Under the pieces are notes generated by a model. The model was not told where the DNA came from. It saw only the letters and a list, made by a program, of their open reading frames with translations, and searched no databases. A stretch of DNA of 64,000 nt from Candidatus Saccharimonadota bacterium (lineage in GTDB: Bacteria; Patescibacteriota; Saccharimonadia; Saccharimonadales; Saccharimonadaceae), in NCBI GenBank assembly GCA_003246575.1, contig QJZZ01000001.1, forward strand, positions 31,978-95,977. The letters run 5' to 3'. Shown one piece after another: positions 9,198 through 19,085 of this stretch. Numbering within the stretch: position 1 is the stretch's first letter; every line of letters starts with the position of its first letter. The translations under genes and the position numbers were made by a program.

Positions 9198-9213
9198 ACG
9201 CTATATGTAGTGT
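9198..9213. promoter_or_regulatory. NrdR-box-like 16-mer (ACGCTATATGTAGTGT)
   Basis: The reverse complement ACACTACATATAGCGT matches the published NrdR consensus (acaCwAtATaTwGtgt) at ~14/16 by eye. Confidence 0.45.
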
Positions 9214-9315
9214 ATGGTGTTAGAAATATAATCTATGTATCATCACTAGGTTTACTGGTATTATATATATATATCCCTTAACAATGAGGGCTGATCTCCA
9301 AGAGAGAGGTGTGTC

Positions 9316-9630
9316 ATGCGACGCATGTATGCGGCTTTTGCCGCAATTCTGCTGGCATTCGGAGCCACGGCCGTCTCAGCCGATACGGCAAGCGCCTACG
9401 CCTACAACTGCACAACCGGCTACAGCTCGCTTGGCGCCTGGGCCAAGTGCGTGAGCGGCACAGGACAGTATCGCGTTGCGGTGCTCTGTCAGAACATCTT
9501 CACCAGGTCCAGTCGAAACGTGTACGGGCAATGGGTGACGCCATCGAGCACCAGCGTCTCGGTCGTACCAGGCTGCGGAACCTGGCTTGAAGCATACTAC
9601 GGAACGCCCCGTGCAACTTCTGGCCAGTGA
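9316..9630 (+). CDS. small secreted protein, 4 Cys (104 aa)
   Basis: Signal peptide MRRMYAAFAAILLAFGATAVSADTASA and a GAGAGAGG RBS. The mature ~78 aa carry 4 cysteines. Confidence 0.65.
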   Translation: MRRMYAAFAAILLAFGATAVSADTASAYAYNCTTGYSSLGAWAKCVSGTGQYRVAVLCQNIFTRSSRNVYGQWVTPSSTSVSVVPGCGTWLEAYYGTPRATSGQ

Positions 9631-9634
9631 GATC

Positions 9635-9669
9635 GTCTGCCGCCCTTCTCGGAAGGAAGGGCGGCAGAC
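9635..9669. other. 14-bp perfect stem-loop without U-tract
   Basis: gtctgccgcccttc / gaagggcggcagac with loop tcggaag. Confidence 0.6.
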
Positions 9670-9694
9670 ATAAACAAAACCTAGAAAGGAACAT

Positions 9695-9922
9695 ATGTCA
9701 AAACAGCATTTACCATCTTCACTTCTTCGAATCGCACTCACACTTACGCTTGGCGTGGGTGTCACATCAGTACTGCTCCATTTTGCGTCAATGGGGCACT
9801 ATCCAAAAACGAATGACGAGCAAGTTATCGAAGCGCTAGCACTCTGGTTCGGAGCGGTTTTTATCATTCTGACAATAGTCTTCACGCTGCTAACGATCAT
9901 TCCGGCAAAGAAAAATAATTAG
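9695..9922 (+). CDS. small 2-TM membrane protein (75 aa)
   Basis: AAAGGA RBS and two hydrophobic helices. Confidence 0.55.
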   Translation: MSKQHLPSSLLRIALTLTLGVGVTSVLLHFASMGHYPKTNDEQVIEALALWFGAVFIILTIVFTLLTIIPAKKNN

Positions 9923-10368
9923 TCTTCGCGCCCAGTAGCCTGGTTGATGCGCGTCGATGAGTCTGGCTTGACGTGACCACGGATGTCGGTGCCAACGCCA
10001 TAGACAACTGAGATATTATACTGAGCGCAGACGGGCGCTTCAGGGTTTACCTTATCAGAATCACGGTCACCACCCTGAGCAAAAATAAGCTCATCATTTG
10101 GATATTTGAGCGCAATCGCTTCGACACTACGGACGACAGTTGGATCTTCATCGATAGATAGCATTACTTCATCAACATCACGAAGTGCACCCATGAGGCG
10201 CACACGGTTCTCTTCGTCGAGAATGATCTTCCCCTTCTTGAGCAATTGCTGCTTGTCATTGTTCACAATAACAATCAGTTGGTCGCCAAGTTTTTTGGCA
10301 GCTTCGATCATGTCGAGATGACCGCCGTGTAACGGATTGAAGTAGCCACTTACAAATATTCTTTTCAT
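9919..10368 (-). CDS. cytidylyl/adenylyltransferase-family protein (HxGH nucleotidyltransferase)
   Basis: MKRIFVSGYFNPLHGGHLDMIEAAKKLGDQLIVIVNND. I trimmed the track ORF (to 10584) to this Met. Confidence 0.8.
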   Translation of the reverse strand: MKRIFVSGYFNPLHGGHLDMIEAAKKLGDQLIVIVNNDKQQLLKKGKIILDEENRVRLMGALRDVDEVMLSIDEDPTVVRSVEAIALKYPNDELIFAQGGDRDSDKVNPEAPVCAQYNISVVYGVGTDIRGHVKPDSSTRINQATGRED

Positions 10369-10395
10369 CTCGGCTAGTATATAATTGACTAGAGT

Positions 10396-11538
10396 ATGGG
10401 TCAACAAGCCAACACACCGCGCGTCGCAATCGTCTGCGACTGGCTCACCAACATGGGTGGTGCCGAAAATGTCGTTCTCGCCTTTCACGAGGCCTACCCC
10501 GATGCGCCGATTTTCACAAGCACCTACAACCCCGAGAATATGCCGGCATTCGCTGACGCCGACGTACGCACAACATACCTGCAACGGCTGCCACGCGCAC
10601 TGCGCAATCTACATAAGTTTTTCCCGATGCTGCGTGTCCACGCTTTTCGCTCGCTCGACCTATCCGAATACGACATCATCCTCTCGAGCGCCAGCGCCGA
10701 GGCCAAGCAAGTTCGCAAGACGCGTGATGGCCAAACACATATATGTTACTGCCACACGCCGATTCGTTATTACTGGAGTCACTATCAGCAGTACAAGACG
10801 GACCCGGGCTTCGGCAAACTCAATTGGCTCGTTCGCCTGACGATGCCCCTTCTCGTACCGCCCCTCAAACGCGCTGACTATCGAGCCGCCCAAGACGTCG
10901 ATATATTTATCGCCAATTCGAACACCGTCAAAGACCGTATCGAGACGTACTACGACCGACCCGCAACCGTCATCTATCCACCCGTCGATACCAGGCGCTT
11001 CAAACCAAGTGCCACGCGCGGCGATTACTATGTGACGATTGGTCGCCAGATTCCCTACAAGCACCACGACCTCGCTATCGAGGCCTGCGCCGCACTTGAT
11101 CTTCCGCTCAAGGTATATGGCAGCGGCAGTGAGCACGAACGACTACGTACGCTAGCCGGACCAAAAACCGAATTCAATACTGACCGCTTCGGTGACGCCT
11201 CCGACGAGGCCGTCGAGCAAGCGCTCAATCATGCCAAGGGCTTTATCTTCCCCTCAGAAGAAGACTTCGGTATTGTCTCCGTCGAAGCCATGGCTGCCGG
11301 TGCGCCAGTGATCGCTCTCGCGGCAGGCGGATCGGCCGAAATCGTTTCCGACCCGAGCGTTGGCGAGCTCTTTGATACACAAACTGTCGAATCCATCACA
11401 GATGCCATCACTCGTGCAGAGTCACGAAAGTTTTCACCAACCATCCTTCGCAACCGCGCCAAGCGTTTCGACAAGACGCTGTTCGTCACCCAGATTCGTA
11501 ACTTTGTCAAAAAATCCCACGAAAGGAACACCCGATGA
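10396..11538 (+). CDS. GT4-family (GT-B) glycosyltransferase
   Basis: RVAIVCDWLTNMGGAENV at the N-terminus and EEDFGIVSVEAMAAGAPVIA in the C-terminal domain. Confidence 0.85.
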   Translation: MGQQANTPRVAIVCDWLTNMGGAENVVLAFHEAYPDAPIFTSTYNPENMPAFADADVRTTYLQRLPRALRNLHKFFPMLRVHAFRSLDLSEYDIILSSASAEAKQVRKTRDGQTHICYCHTPIRYYWSHYQQYKTDPGFGKLNWLVRLTMPLLVPPLKRADYRAAQDVDIFIANSNTVKDRIETYYDRPATVIYPPVDTRRFKPSATRGDYYVTIGRQIPYKHHDLAIEACAALDLPLKVYGSGSEHERLRTLAGPKTEFNTDRFGDASDEAVEQALNHAKGFIFPSEEDFGIVSVEAMAAGAPVIALAAGGSAEIVSDPSVGELFDTQTVESITDAITRAESRKFSPTILRNRAKRFDKTLFVTQIRNFVKKSHERNTR

Positions 11539-12632
11539 GCCATATCGTCATCGACGCCCGTATCGTCAACTCCAGCACTGGCACCTACGTCCAATATCTC
11601 TTGAAACACCTCCAGGAGATTGACCGCAAAAACCGCTATACCGTCCTTATTCCGTCCGCAGACAAAGATTTCTGGCAGCCGACCGCACCGAATTTTTCTG
11701 TAGCCTTCGCCGATTTTGGCAATTACACCTTCGCTGAGCAAACTGGCTTCAAACGCCTGCTCGACTCGCTCGATGCTGACCTCGTGCATTTTTGCATGCC
11801 CCAGCAGCCAGTACTGTACGCAGGCAAAAAAGTCACCACCTTCCATGACTTAACCCTCCTCCGCGTCTACAACTCCGACAAGAACTACTTCATCTTCAAA
11901 GCGAAACAATTTGTTGGGCGCTGGGTATTCAAGAAGGTCGCGAATGACAGCACCGAAGTCATCGTACCAACCGAATTCACCAAGCAAGACCTACTCGACT
12001 TCACCCCACTCCCCGCCGACAAAATTACCGTCACCTATGAAGCTGCTGAGGTCGTACGTTCAAAAGTCAAGAGATATGACGTACCCTTCAAGCAGTTCAT
12101 CATCAACGTCGGCAACCATAGCGACTACAAAAACATTGTTCGCCTCGCCGAAGCGCACCAAAAGTCACTCGAGACACATCCCGATCTCGGCCTCGTCTTC
12201 GCCTGCCGCCCGAATGATGCTGTCGAGGCCAATCGCGAGCTCTTCAAGAAACGCGGCTACAAAAACATCCACTTCGCTCTCAACACATCTAATCAAGAAC
12301 GTGACTACCTCTACACCAAGGCCCTCGCCTACATCACCCCGTCACTCACCGAAGGCTTTGGTCTCGGTGCACTTGAAGCTATGGGATACGGCGTTCCTGT
12401 TCTCTCAAGTACCGCCACCTGCCTCCCGGAAGTCTACGCAGACGCCGCTCTCTATTTCGACCCCCTCGATATCGATGAGATGTCCGACGCCATCAATCGC
12501 GTCGCAGCCAGCAAAGAACTCCGCGATGATCTCATCAAACGCGGCCTGAAGCGTCATAAATTCTTCTCGTGGGAAAAGATGGCTCGCGAAACACTCGCGG
12601 TGTACGAAAAAGCGCTTAGCAGCTCAAAGTAG
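11535..12632 (+). CDS. GT4-family (GT-B) glycosyltransferase
   Basis: PSLTEGFGLGALEAMGYGVPVLSS motif. ATGA overlap with the preceding GT. Confidence 0.85.
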   Translation: MSHIVIDARIVNSSTGTYVQYLLKHLQEIDRKNRYTVLIPSADKDFWQPTAPNFSVAFADFGNYTFAEQTGFKRLLDSLDADLVHFCMPQQPVLYAGKKVTTFHDLTLLRVYNSDKNYFIFKAKQFVGRWVFKKVANDSTEVIVPTEFTKQDLLDFTPLPADKITVTYEAAEVVRSKVKRYDVPFKQFIINVGNHSDYKNIVRLAEAHQKSLETHPDLGLVFACRPNDAVEANRELFKKRGYKNIHFALNTSNQERDYLYTKALAYITPSLTEGFGLGALEAMGYGVPVLSSTATCLPEVYADAALYFDPLDIDEMSDAINRVAASKELRDDLIKRGLKRHKFFSWEKMARETLAVYEKALSSSK

Positions 12633-12697
12633 CCATAACCATTTGACTGCGTAGCTACTCAGATGTACCCTATACAGTTGTCAACAGAGGAGATGTT

Positions 12698-13051
12698 ATG
12701 GAATTAAACCCCGCTACAGGAGAACTTATACTCGCTGGCCCGCATGAAATTGGCGCAGGTCTATTTTGCTTAGGTGCATTAGAGCAGTATCACGGACACC
12801 TGCCAAGATCACAGGCAAAAACTGCGCAATCAGCCGAGAGAAAACTCATGGCCGCTCAGCAACAAGCGCGCCAACAGGGCAACGACATACGCGTGCTCTT
12901 TACCCCAGAAGAAACAAAGCTCATCAACGAGGGCGCCGAGAATGGCAGCTTTAGTCCCCTGCACAGACAACGATTCAATATCTTACCAGGATATACGAAA
13001 GATGCGGTCGACGAGATACGCGCACAGGCCGATGCCATAACACAACAATAG
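12698..13051 (+). CDS. hypothetical protein (117 aa)
   Basis: ORF with a GAGGAG RBS. No recognised family. Confidence 0.5.
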   Translation: MELNPATGELILAGPHEIGAGLFCLGALEQYHGHLPRSQAKTAQSAERKLMAAQQQARQQGNDIRVLFTPEETKLINEGAENGSFSPLHRQRFNILPGYTKDAVDEIRAQADAITQQ

Positions 13052-13135
13052 CCACTTTACACTCAACGCAAATTATTGCACACATATCCCTATTATGCTT
13101 AGATAGTATCATCAATAGCATAAACGGAGTCACAC

Positions 13136-13567
13136 ATGGACAGCCAGACACCTCAGCAGCCAGTTACTCAGCCCCAGCAACCGATGAATCAACCTCAGCA
13201 GCAGCCTGTCCAGGTTGGTGGCCAGAAACAACTCGTCACAGCAGAGTTACTCGCAGCATTTCTTGGCGCGTTCGGTATTCATGACTTTTATCTTGGGCGT
13301 AAAGTCAGAGGTTCGATCCGACTCATTATCGGTGCTATCGGTCTTCTGCTTGCTATCCAGGACTACAGGAACACCGGCATTGTGTTCCTTGCGATGGTCC
13401 TATGGGCAATCGATGACTTTAACCGCATCTACACCAAACGAGTTGACGCAAAAGGAGTTGCGCTTGCAGCAGATGCGTCTCAGCTCAAAACAGCAAAAGC
13501 ACTCCGCTATACAGTATTCACGGCACTCATCCTGTTCGTCATCTTCGTTATACTTAAGCTGTTCTAA
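13136..13567 (+). CDS. TM2-domain membrane protein with P/Q-rich N-terminus
   Basis: LLAAFLGAFGIHDFYLGRKVRGSIRLI is the TM2-domain pattern. Confidence 0.75.
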   Translation: MDSQTPQQPVTQPQQPMNQPQQQPVQVGGQKQLVTAELLAAFLGAFGIHDFYLGRKVRGSIRLIIGAIGLLLAIQDYRNTGIVFLAMVLWAIDDFNRIYTKRVDAKGVALAADASQLKTAKALRYTVFTALILFVIFVILKLF

Positions 13568-13584
13568 TACAGTATACGACCAAC

Positions 13585-13615
13585 AAAAAACGACCCCACG
13601 CGGAGTCGTTTTTTG
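13585..13615. terminator. bidirectional intrinsic terminator hairpin
   Basis: aaaaaacgac..gtcgtttttt, with an A-run and a T-run flanking the stem. Confidence 0.7.
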
Positions 13616-13705
<90 letters not shown>

Positions 13706-13757
13706 ATGGTCGCCGTGTTTCTCACATTATAACAGATACACGGTGTATACTACGTGC

Positions 13758-14153
13758 ATGGAAGATTCTATTTTTACCAAGATTATCAAAGGTGAAATTC
13801 CCTGCGAAAAAGTCTACGAAGACGAACAGACGATTGCCTTTCTCGATATTCGTCCAGTTACAGCAGGGCACACTCTTGTCGCACCCAAGAACCAAGTACA
13901 GTTCATTTGGGACCTAGATGATGTCACCTACACGGCCGTTATGCACACCGCAAAACGTGTGGCTCAGCGGCTTCGCGAGGTCACGGGCGCGCCATACATC
14001 GGAGAGACGATCGTCGGCACGGATGTTCCGCATGCGCACGTGCACGTGATTGCGTTTGAGCGTAGTGAACAATTGAAAGATGCATTTAACGCCGACCGCC
14101 CAGTCACTGACTCTTTGGAGCTAGCCATGATGGCAGAAAAACTTCGCATCTAA
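13758..14153 (+). CDS. HIT-family (histidine triad) nucleotide hydrolase
   Basis: MEDSIFTKIIKGEIPCEKVYEDEQTIAFLDI.. and the HAHVHVI triad. The track ORF start (13215) crosses the tRNA, so I trimmed it. Confidence 0.88.
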   Translation: MEDSIFTKIIKGEIPCEKVYEDEQTIAFLDIRPVTAGHTLVAPKNQVQFIWDLDDVTYTAVMHTAKRVAQRLREVTGAPYIGETIVGTDVPHAHVHVIAFERSEQLKDAFNADRPVTDSLELAMMAEKLRI

Positions 14154-14609
14154 ATGATCACGATTCTCGCTATCGGCAAAAAGCATGAGGACTGGATTTC
14201 ACTCGGCCTAGAACGCTATACGAAGCGCCTTCACGCGCCGTGGGATGTCAAATGGATCCTCTTGCCACATTCGAGCCTGCAAGGCGACCAAGCGCGTCAG
14301 GAAGAGTCCCAGAGGCTACTTGAGCGCATAGATCCCCGGAGCTATACCGTTCTTCTCGACGAAACCGGCAAACTCCTCAACTCACCCGCCCTCTCGCGAC
14401 TCTGCGACGATAAGTTTTCTCATAGCCAATCCATCACAATCATTATCGGTGGCGCCTACGGCGTGACCCCTGAGGTGAGGGACGCGGCTAATCTTGTATG
14501 GTCACTCTCACCTCTCGTCTTTCCCCACCAGCTCGTCCGCCTTCTCCTCATCGAGCAACTCTACCGCGCCCAAGAAATTGCCAGTGGTGGCAGTTACCAT
14601 CACGTATAG
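14154..14609 (+). CDS. rlmH: 23S rRNA (pseudouridine1915-N3)-methyltransferase
   Basis: SPOUT-type pattern IIIGGAYGV..LSLSPLVFPHQLVRLLLIEQLYRA, ~150 aa. Confidence 0.85.
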   Translation: MITILAIGKKHEDWISLGLERYTKRLHAPWDVKWILLPHSSLQGDQARQEESQRLLERIDPRSYTVLLDETGKLLNSPALSRLCDDKFSHSQSITIIIGGAYGVTPEVRDAANLVWSLSPLVFPHQLVRLLLIEQLYRAQEIASGGSYHHV

Positions 14610-14679
14610 TTTGACCTATACTTGACAATTCATAAATCTTGTGCTAATATGGTGTTACAAATTATCCAAAATACACACC

Positions 14680-15006
14680 ATGAAAAAACTGTTCAACATC
14701 CTCGCCGTCGCCCTTAGCCTCTTCACCGCTACCGGTGTATTTGTCCACGATGCGCGCATCGACAAAGTGACCGGCTACAGCATGGAGCCTCTGTACAAAA
14801 AATCGGCAAGCTACAGTGCCGATTCGGCACTGATCGCCGAGCAACACGTACACCCTGAACATTCCCAGCGCACACTCAATGGGTTTTCGTATCAGTCCCC
14901 GTCGATCCAACCCCGTGAAAACAAGTCCAAGCGCTATTTGATGCAAAATGCCGAGCCGAAAGGCCGTCACGCGTTCGATAATTACAATCTGCCGATCGTG
15001 GCATAG
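14680..15006 (+). CDS. small secreted protein (108 aa)
   Basis: The ATG at 14680 gives MKKLFNILAVALSLFTATGVFV, a signal peptide. Confidence 0.55.
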   Translation: MKKLFNILAVALSLFTATGVFVHDARIDKVTGYSMEPLYKKSASYSADSALIAEQHVHPEHSQRTLNGFSYQSPSIQPRENKSKRYLMQNAEPKGRHAFDNYNLPIVA

Positions 15007-15165
15007 TCTGACACTATCCCGAAATTAGCTGCGTGCCGAGACGGCGAGACCGTCTCTTCGATGGCATTCTGCCTTTCCGGCAGAGGTCGATCAAGACAAA
15101 AGCACTTAGCGGTCGACCGCATGACAACGAAGAGGTGGGAACGTCGTTCTCGCAATATCAAGGGC

Positions 15166-17727
15166 CTAACGCAATACTTCGAGTTCGTGCTCGAGACGTT
15201 CGGCGTGCTCTTTTTCGGCGGCCAGCTTGTCGCGAGATTCAGCCACCAAGTGCTCTGGTGCTTTGTCGATATAGCTCTTGTTCTCGAGACGGGCTTCGAG
15301 GGCTTTGATGCTCTTGTGAACTTCAGCAAGACGACGCTCGAGGTTTGCCTGGTGTTCGTACAATGTCTCTTCGCTGATATCGAGCCAAACGTCACGACCG
15401 CTTGATGCCAAGCGAAGTCCCTTGCCCTGGTCGACATGCTTGACCGCATCTACGGAGCGGACGAGGTGGCGCAGCAGGCCTTCGTTGTCTTCGATCAGCG
15501 CGTCATCCATGTACAGGAGCGTATACTTGTCGTTACCCGGCAGTTCCGCCGTCACGAAGCGGGCTTCGGTGACGAGGTTTTTGAAGCGTGAAAATTCAGT
15601 TGCAGCAATTTCGTCGTAGGTCTCATCAACAGGCCAAGTGGTGCTGATAAGATTGTCGGTTGCGTCATCGTGCCAGCCGAGGCTCTGCCAGATTGTCTCT
15701 GTTACAAACGGTGCGAACGGATGTGCAAGTTTGAGGCTCGTGTCGAGCACCCACGCCAGCATCTCGGTGTTCTTTTCAACCTTGCTCACCTCGAGATACC
15801 AGTCAGCGACATCGTCCCAGATAGCGTGATACATCGTATCGCTGGCCTCAGAGAAGCGGAATTGCTCGAGCTGCGTATCGATTGCAGCGCGTGCTTCGTT
15901 GAGCTGGCGCACAATCCAGTGATCAGCGAGTGACTTCGGCATTGGTTTGGTAACTTCTGGCTGACCACCAATCAAGTCCTCGGCAAAGCGCGATACGTTC
16001 CAGAGCTTATTACAGAAATTACGTCCCGCAATCACAGCACCGCGGTTAAACGCTTGGTTTTGCGACGGACTGCGACCAGAGATAATGCCCATACGGAGAG
16101 CATCCGAGCCAAACTCGCTCACCATCTCCATCGGGTTGATGACATTCCCCTTCGACTTGCTCATCTTCTGATTGTGCTCATCATTGACCATGCCGTGGAA
16201 GTACACGGTTTTGAACGGAATCTCGCCAGTACGATAGACGCTCAGCATGATCATGCGACTCACCCACTGGCGCAAGAGGTCACCTCCCGTTTCCATGACA
16301 TCTGTCGGGAAGAAGCGACTCAGCTCACCCTTGCTCAAGTAGTCGGTGACGACATACGGCCACTGACCCGAGCTAAACCAGGTGTCGAAGGTATCTTCCT
16401 CTCGCTTATATGTTGTACCATCGACATCGATTGTTTCTTGGTCGACGCGCGTGTCGAAAATCCAATCTTTTGGATCATCGACGTTCACAAATGCAGGAAT
16501 CGGGATACCCCAAGGAATCTGACGAGAGATATTCCAGTCACGGATCTGACCGAGATACGCGATAATTTCGTTCACTTTTTGTGATGGATAAAAGTCGATG
16601 GCATGTTCTTTGAGCTTTACAATAGCCTCTTTCGCAAGTGGCTCGAGCTTGAGGAACCACTGGTCTTTCATTAGTGGCTCGATGATCGTGCCACACTTGT
16701 AGCAATGTCCGACGGAGTGTTCAATATCCTCGCTGCCGCGCAGGTCTTCACTCGCCTGGAGAGAAGCGACGACTTTTTTGCGCGCCTCGAGTACTGTCAG
16801 TCCCATGAACGCAGCGGGAACATTCGTCATCTTACCTTGCTCGTCGATAATATTGATCACATTGAGCTGATGGCGCTGGGCAATCTCGAAGTCATTCGGG
16901 TCATGTGCGGGCGTCACCTTGACGGCGCCGGTACCAAACGACATATCAACGTGCTCATCAGCCACAATTTCGATTTCACGATTGGTGATCGGAAGCTGGA
17001 CGCGCGTTCCGACGAGATCCTTGTAGCGCTCGTCATCAGGGTGTACGGCAATGGCCGTGTCGCCGAGCATCGTTTCTGGACGAGTGGTTGCGACGACGAT
17101 TTCGCCACGCTTGTCGAGCAATGGATAGGCAATATTCCAGAGTTTGCTCTTCTCGTTTTTGTGTTCGACTTCAATATCGGCGAAGCTGGTCTGGTGAGTC
17201 GTGCAGTAGTTCACAATACGTTCGCCACGATAGACGAGGCCATCATCCCAGAGAGACTTGAATGTGTCGTAGACGGTATCAATCACTTTTTCGTCGAGCG
17301 TGAAGACAAGATCGTCCCAACTACAGCTAATGCCGAGCGCACGAAGCTGTAATTCCATGTCGCCGCGACGTGCATCGACAAAATCCCATACCTGGCTATA
17401 AAGCTGTTCACGTGTGAAGTCGAAGCGACTGCTGCCAGATTCGTGCAAACGGCGTTCATAGACAACCCAAGTTTCGAAGCCAGCGTGGTCAGCACCGGGG
17501 ATGAATGCTACATCCCTTCCCTGCATACGTCGCCAGCGCGCGAGGATATCCTTGAGGTTCATATCCAGCGCGTGTCCGATATGGAGGTTGCCGTTCGCGT
17601 TTGGTGGCGGCATCACCATCGAATATGGATCGCCCTTACCTGATGGCTGGAAGGCACCAGACTGTTCCCACATTGCGTAGATAGTAGGTTCAAATTCATT
17701 GGGGGTATATTGCTTTGCGAGTTTCAT
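15166..17727 (-). CDS. valS: valine--tRNA ligase
   Basis: PPPNANGNLHIGHA (HIGH), KMSKSKGN (KMSKS) and the C-terminal coiled coil typical of ValRS. Confidence 0.95.
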   Translation of the reverse strand: MKLAKQYTPNEFEPTIYAMWEQSGAFQPSGKGDPYSMVMPPPNANGNLHIGHALDMNLKDILARWRRMQGRDVAFIPGADHAGFETWVVYERRLHESGSSRFDFTREQLYSQVWDFVDARRGDMELQLRALGISCSWDDLVFTLDEKVIDTVYDTFKSLWDDGLVYRGERIVNYCTTHQTSFADIEVEHKNEKSKLWNIAYPLLDKRGEIVVATTRPETMLGDTAIAVHPDDERYKDLVGTRVQLPITNREIEIVADEHVDMSFGTGAVKVTPAHDPNDFEIAQRHQLNVINIIDEQGKMTNVPAAFMGLTVLEARKKVVASLQASEDLRGSEDIEHSVGHCYKCGTIIEPLMKDQWFLKLEPLAKEAIVKLKEHAIDFYPSQKVNEIIAYLGQIRDWNISRQIPWGIPIPAFVNVDDPKDWIFDTRVDQETIDVDGTTYKREEDTFDTWFSSGQWPYVVTDYLSKGELSRFFPTDVMETGGDLLRQWVSRMIMLSVYRTGEIPFKTVYFHGMVNDEHNQKMSKSKGNVINPMEMVSEFGSDALRMGIISGRSPSQNQAFNRGAVIAGRNFCNKLWNVSRFAEDLIGGQPEVTKPMPKSLADHWIVRQLNEARAAIDTQLEQFRFSEASDTMYHAIWDDVADWYLEVSKVEKNTEMLAWVLDTSLKLAHPFAPFVTETIWQSLGWHDDATDNLISTTWPVDETYDEIAATEFSRFKNLVTEARFVTAELPGNDKYTLLYMDDALIEDNEGLLRHLVRSVDAVKHVDQGKGLRLASSGRDVWLDISEETLYEHQANLERRLAEVHKSIKALEARLENKSYIDKAPEHLVAESRDKLAAEKEHAERLEHELEVLR

Positions 17728-17861
17728 GCTAATTCGATGGCCCTTTCACGTGAAGCTAACGGGTGATATTTCAACTGAGGTCATTATACCAAAAAACAGG
17801 GGCAATTGGTAACCCATCATAAAGTTGCCGTTCACCCCGTAATTTCGTACAATGATACGCA

Positions 17862-19085
17862 ATGGAGCTACGAAAAATTAGTGAGGCTGAATTCTCAGCA
17901 TTCGTCAACGATCAACCGGTCGTCTCGTTTCTACAGTCAGAGCACATCGCCGCGCGTCGAGCCAACGACGGGTGGCAGTCTATCGTGCTCGGTTTATTTG
18001 ATGGCACATCCCTACTCGGTGCCACGCGCGTATATAGCAAAGCACTTGCCTTTGGGTTCAAGAAATTTGAGATCCTACAGGGGCCAGTGATTGATTTTTC
18101 ACGTGAAAGTGCTGTGGTAGAATTTCTAAAACAGCTCAAAGACTACGTTCGCAGCAATCATGGCGTACAGCTCGAAGTCACCCCTAACCTTCTCAGAATC
18201 CATCGTGACAACGATGGCAAAGAGATTAGTGGCAGCTACGATTCGAGTTCCTTCGAAGCAGAATTCCAGACAGCCGGATACGCAAAACTCCCCTACTCTG
18301 TCAGCGATAATCGTGCCGATATATTCCGCTGGGTCTTTGCGAAGGATATGACAGGCATCGATTCGATCGAAGCGCTCGAGAAGACATTCAGTTCATCAAC
18401 CAAGCGTTCGGTGAAACGCGCCGAAAAGAGTGGCATCGTCATCAGGGAAATTCCAAAAGAGCAGGTGACAATCTTTCACGATATTATCGAAAAGACAGGG
18501 GAACGCTGGGACTTCACAGCGCGATCAATCGATTACTACGTAGCACTGCTCGATTCGTTTGGGGCAGAGAATAGCCGTGTATTTGTCGCCGAAATTTCAC
18601 CCGAAAACTACCGTGTATACGTCCAGGATTTGATCGACAAACAGCAGAAAATTATCGATGAAACAAGCGACGATGGCGTCAAAGAGAAGGCGAGTACAGA
18701 CAAGGCGCACTACCAAGAGGTAATCGATGCTGTCAAAGACGCAACCGAGCCAATCATCCTTGCCGGGACCGTCGTTCTTCGCTACGGCAACGAAGTCACC
18801 CACCTGTTCAGTGGATCATACAAAGAGCACTCATTCCTCCGCGCCACCTCACTCCTACGCGCACATGCACTTCGCTACGCGCTCGAATCAGGCGTTACGC
18901 GCTTCAACTTCTATGGCACGAAAGGCAATCACACCGGCCACCCGAAAGAAGAGGGGATATTCCAATTCAAGCGCGGCTTCGGCGGCAATGTCGAGGAACA
19001 ACTTGGCGTCTTCGTCTACACACCGCGACCACTCGTGAACGTCGCTCTGAAAATAGCCGCACGAATCAAACGAGTACTGCGATGA
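17862..19085 (+). CDS. FemAB-family peptidoglycan interpeptide-bridge aminoacyltransferase
   Basis: ~400 aa with a central coiled-coil insert and the C-terminal HLFSGSY..RFNFYG pattern typical of FemX/FemAB/MurM. Confidence 0.75.
   Translation: MELRKISEAEFSAFVNDQPVVSFLQSEHIAARRANDGWQSIVLGLFDGTSLLGATRVYSKALAFGFKKFEILQGPVIDFSRESAVVEFLKQLKDYVRSNHGVQLEVTPNLLRIHRDNDGKEISGSYDSSSFEAEFQTAGYAKLPYSVSDNRADIFRWVFAKDMTGIDSIEALEKTFSSSTKRSVKRAEKSGIVIREIPKEQVTIFHDIIEKTGERWDFTARSIDYYVALLDSFGAENSRVFVAEISPENYRVYVQDLIDKQQKIIDETSDDGVKEKASTDKAHYQEVIDAVKDATEPIILAGTVVLRYGNEVTHLFSGSYKEHSFLRATSLLRAHALRYALESGVTRFNFYGTKGNHTGHPKEEGIFQFKRGFGGNVEEQLGVFVYTPRPLVNVALKIAARIKRVLR

Noticed and set aside
9635-9669. SRP-RNA-like GGAA-containing hairpin (cggaaggaagg)
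   Set aside because: It is a perfect 14-bp stem without the symmetric and asymmetric internal loops of SRP RNA domain IV, and it is too short.
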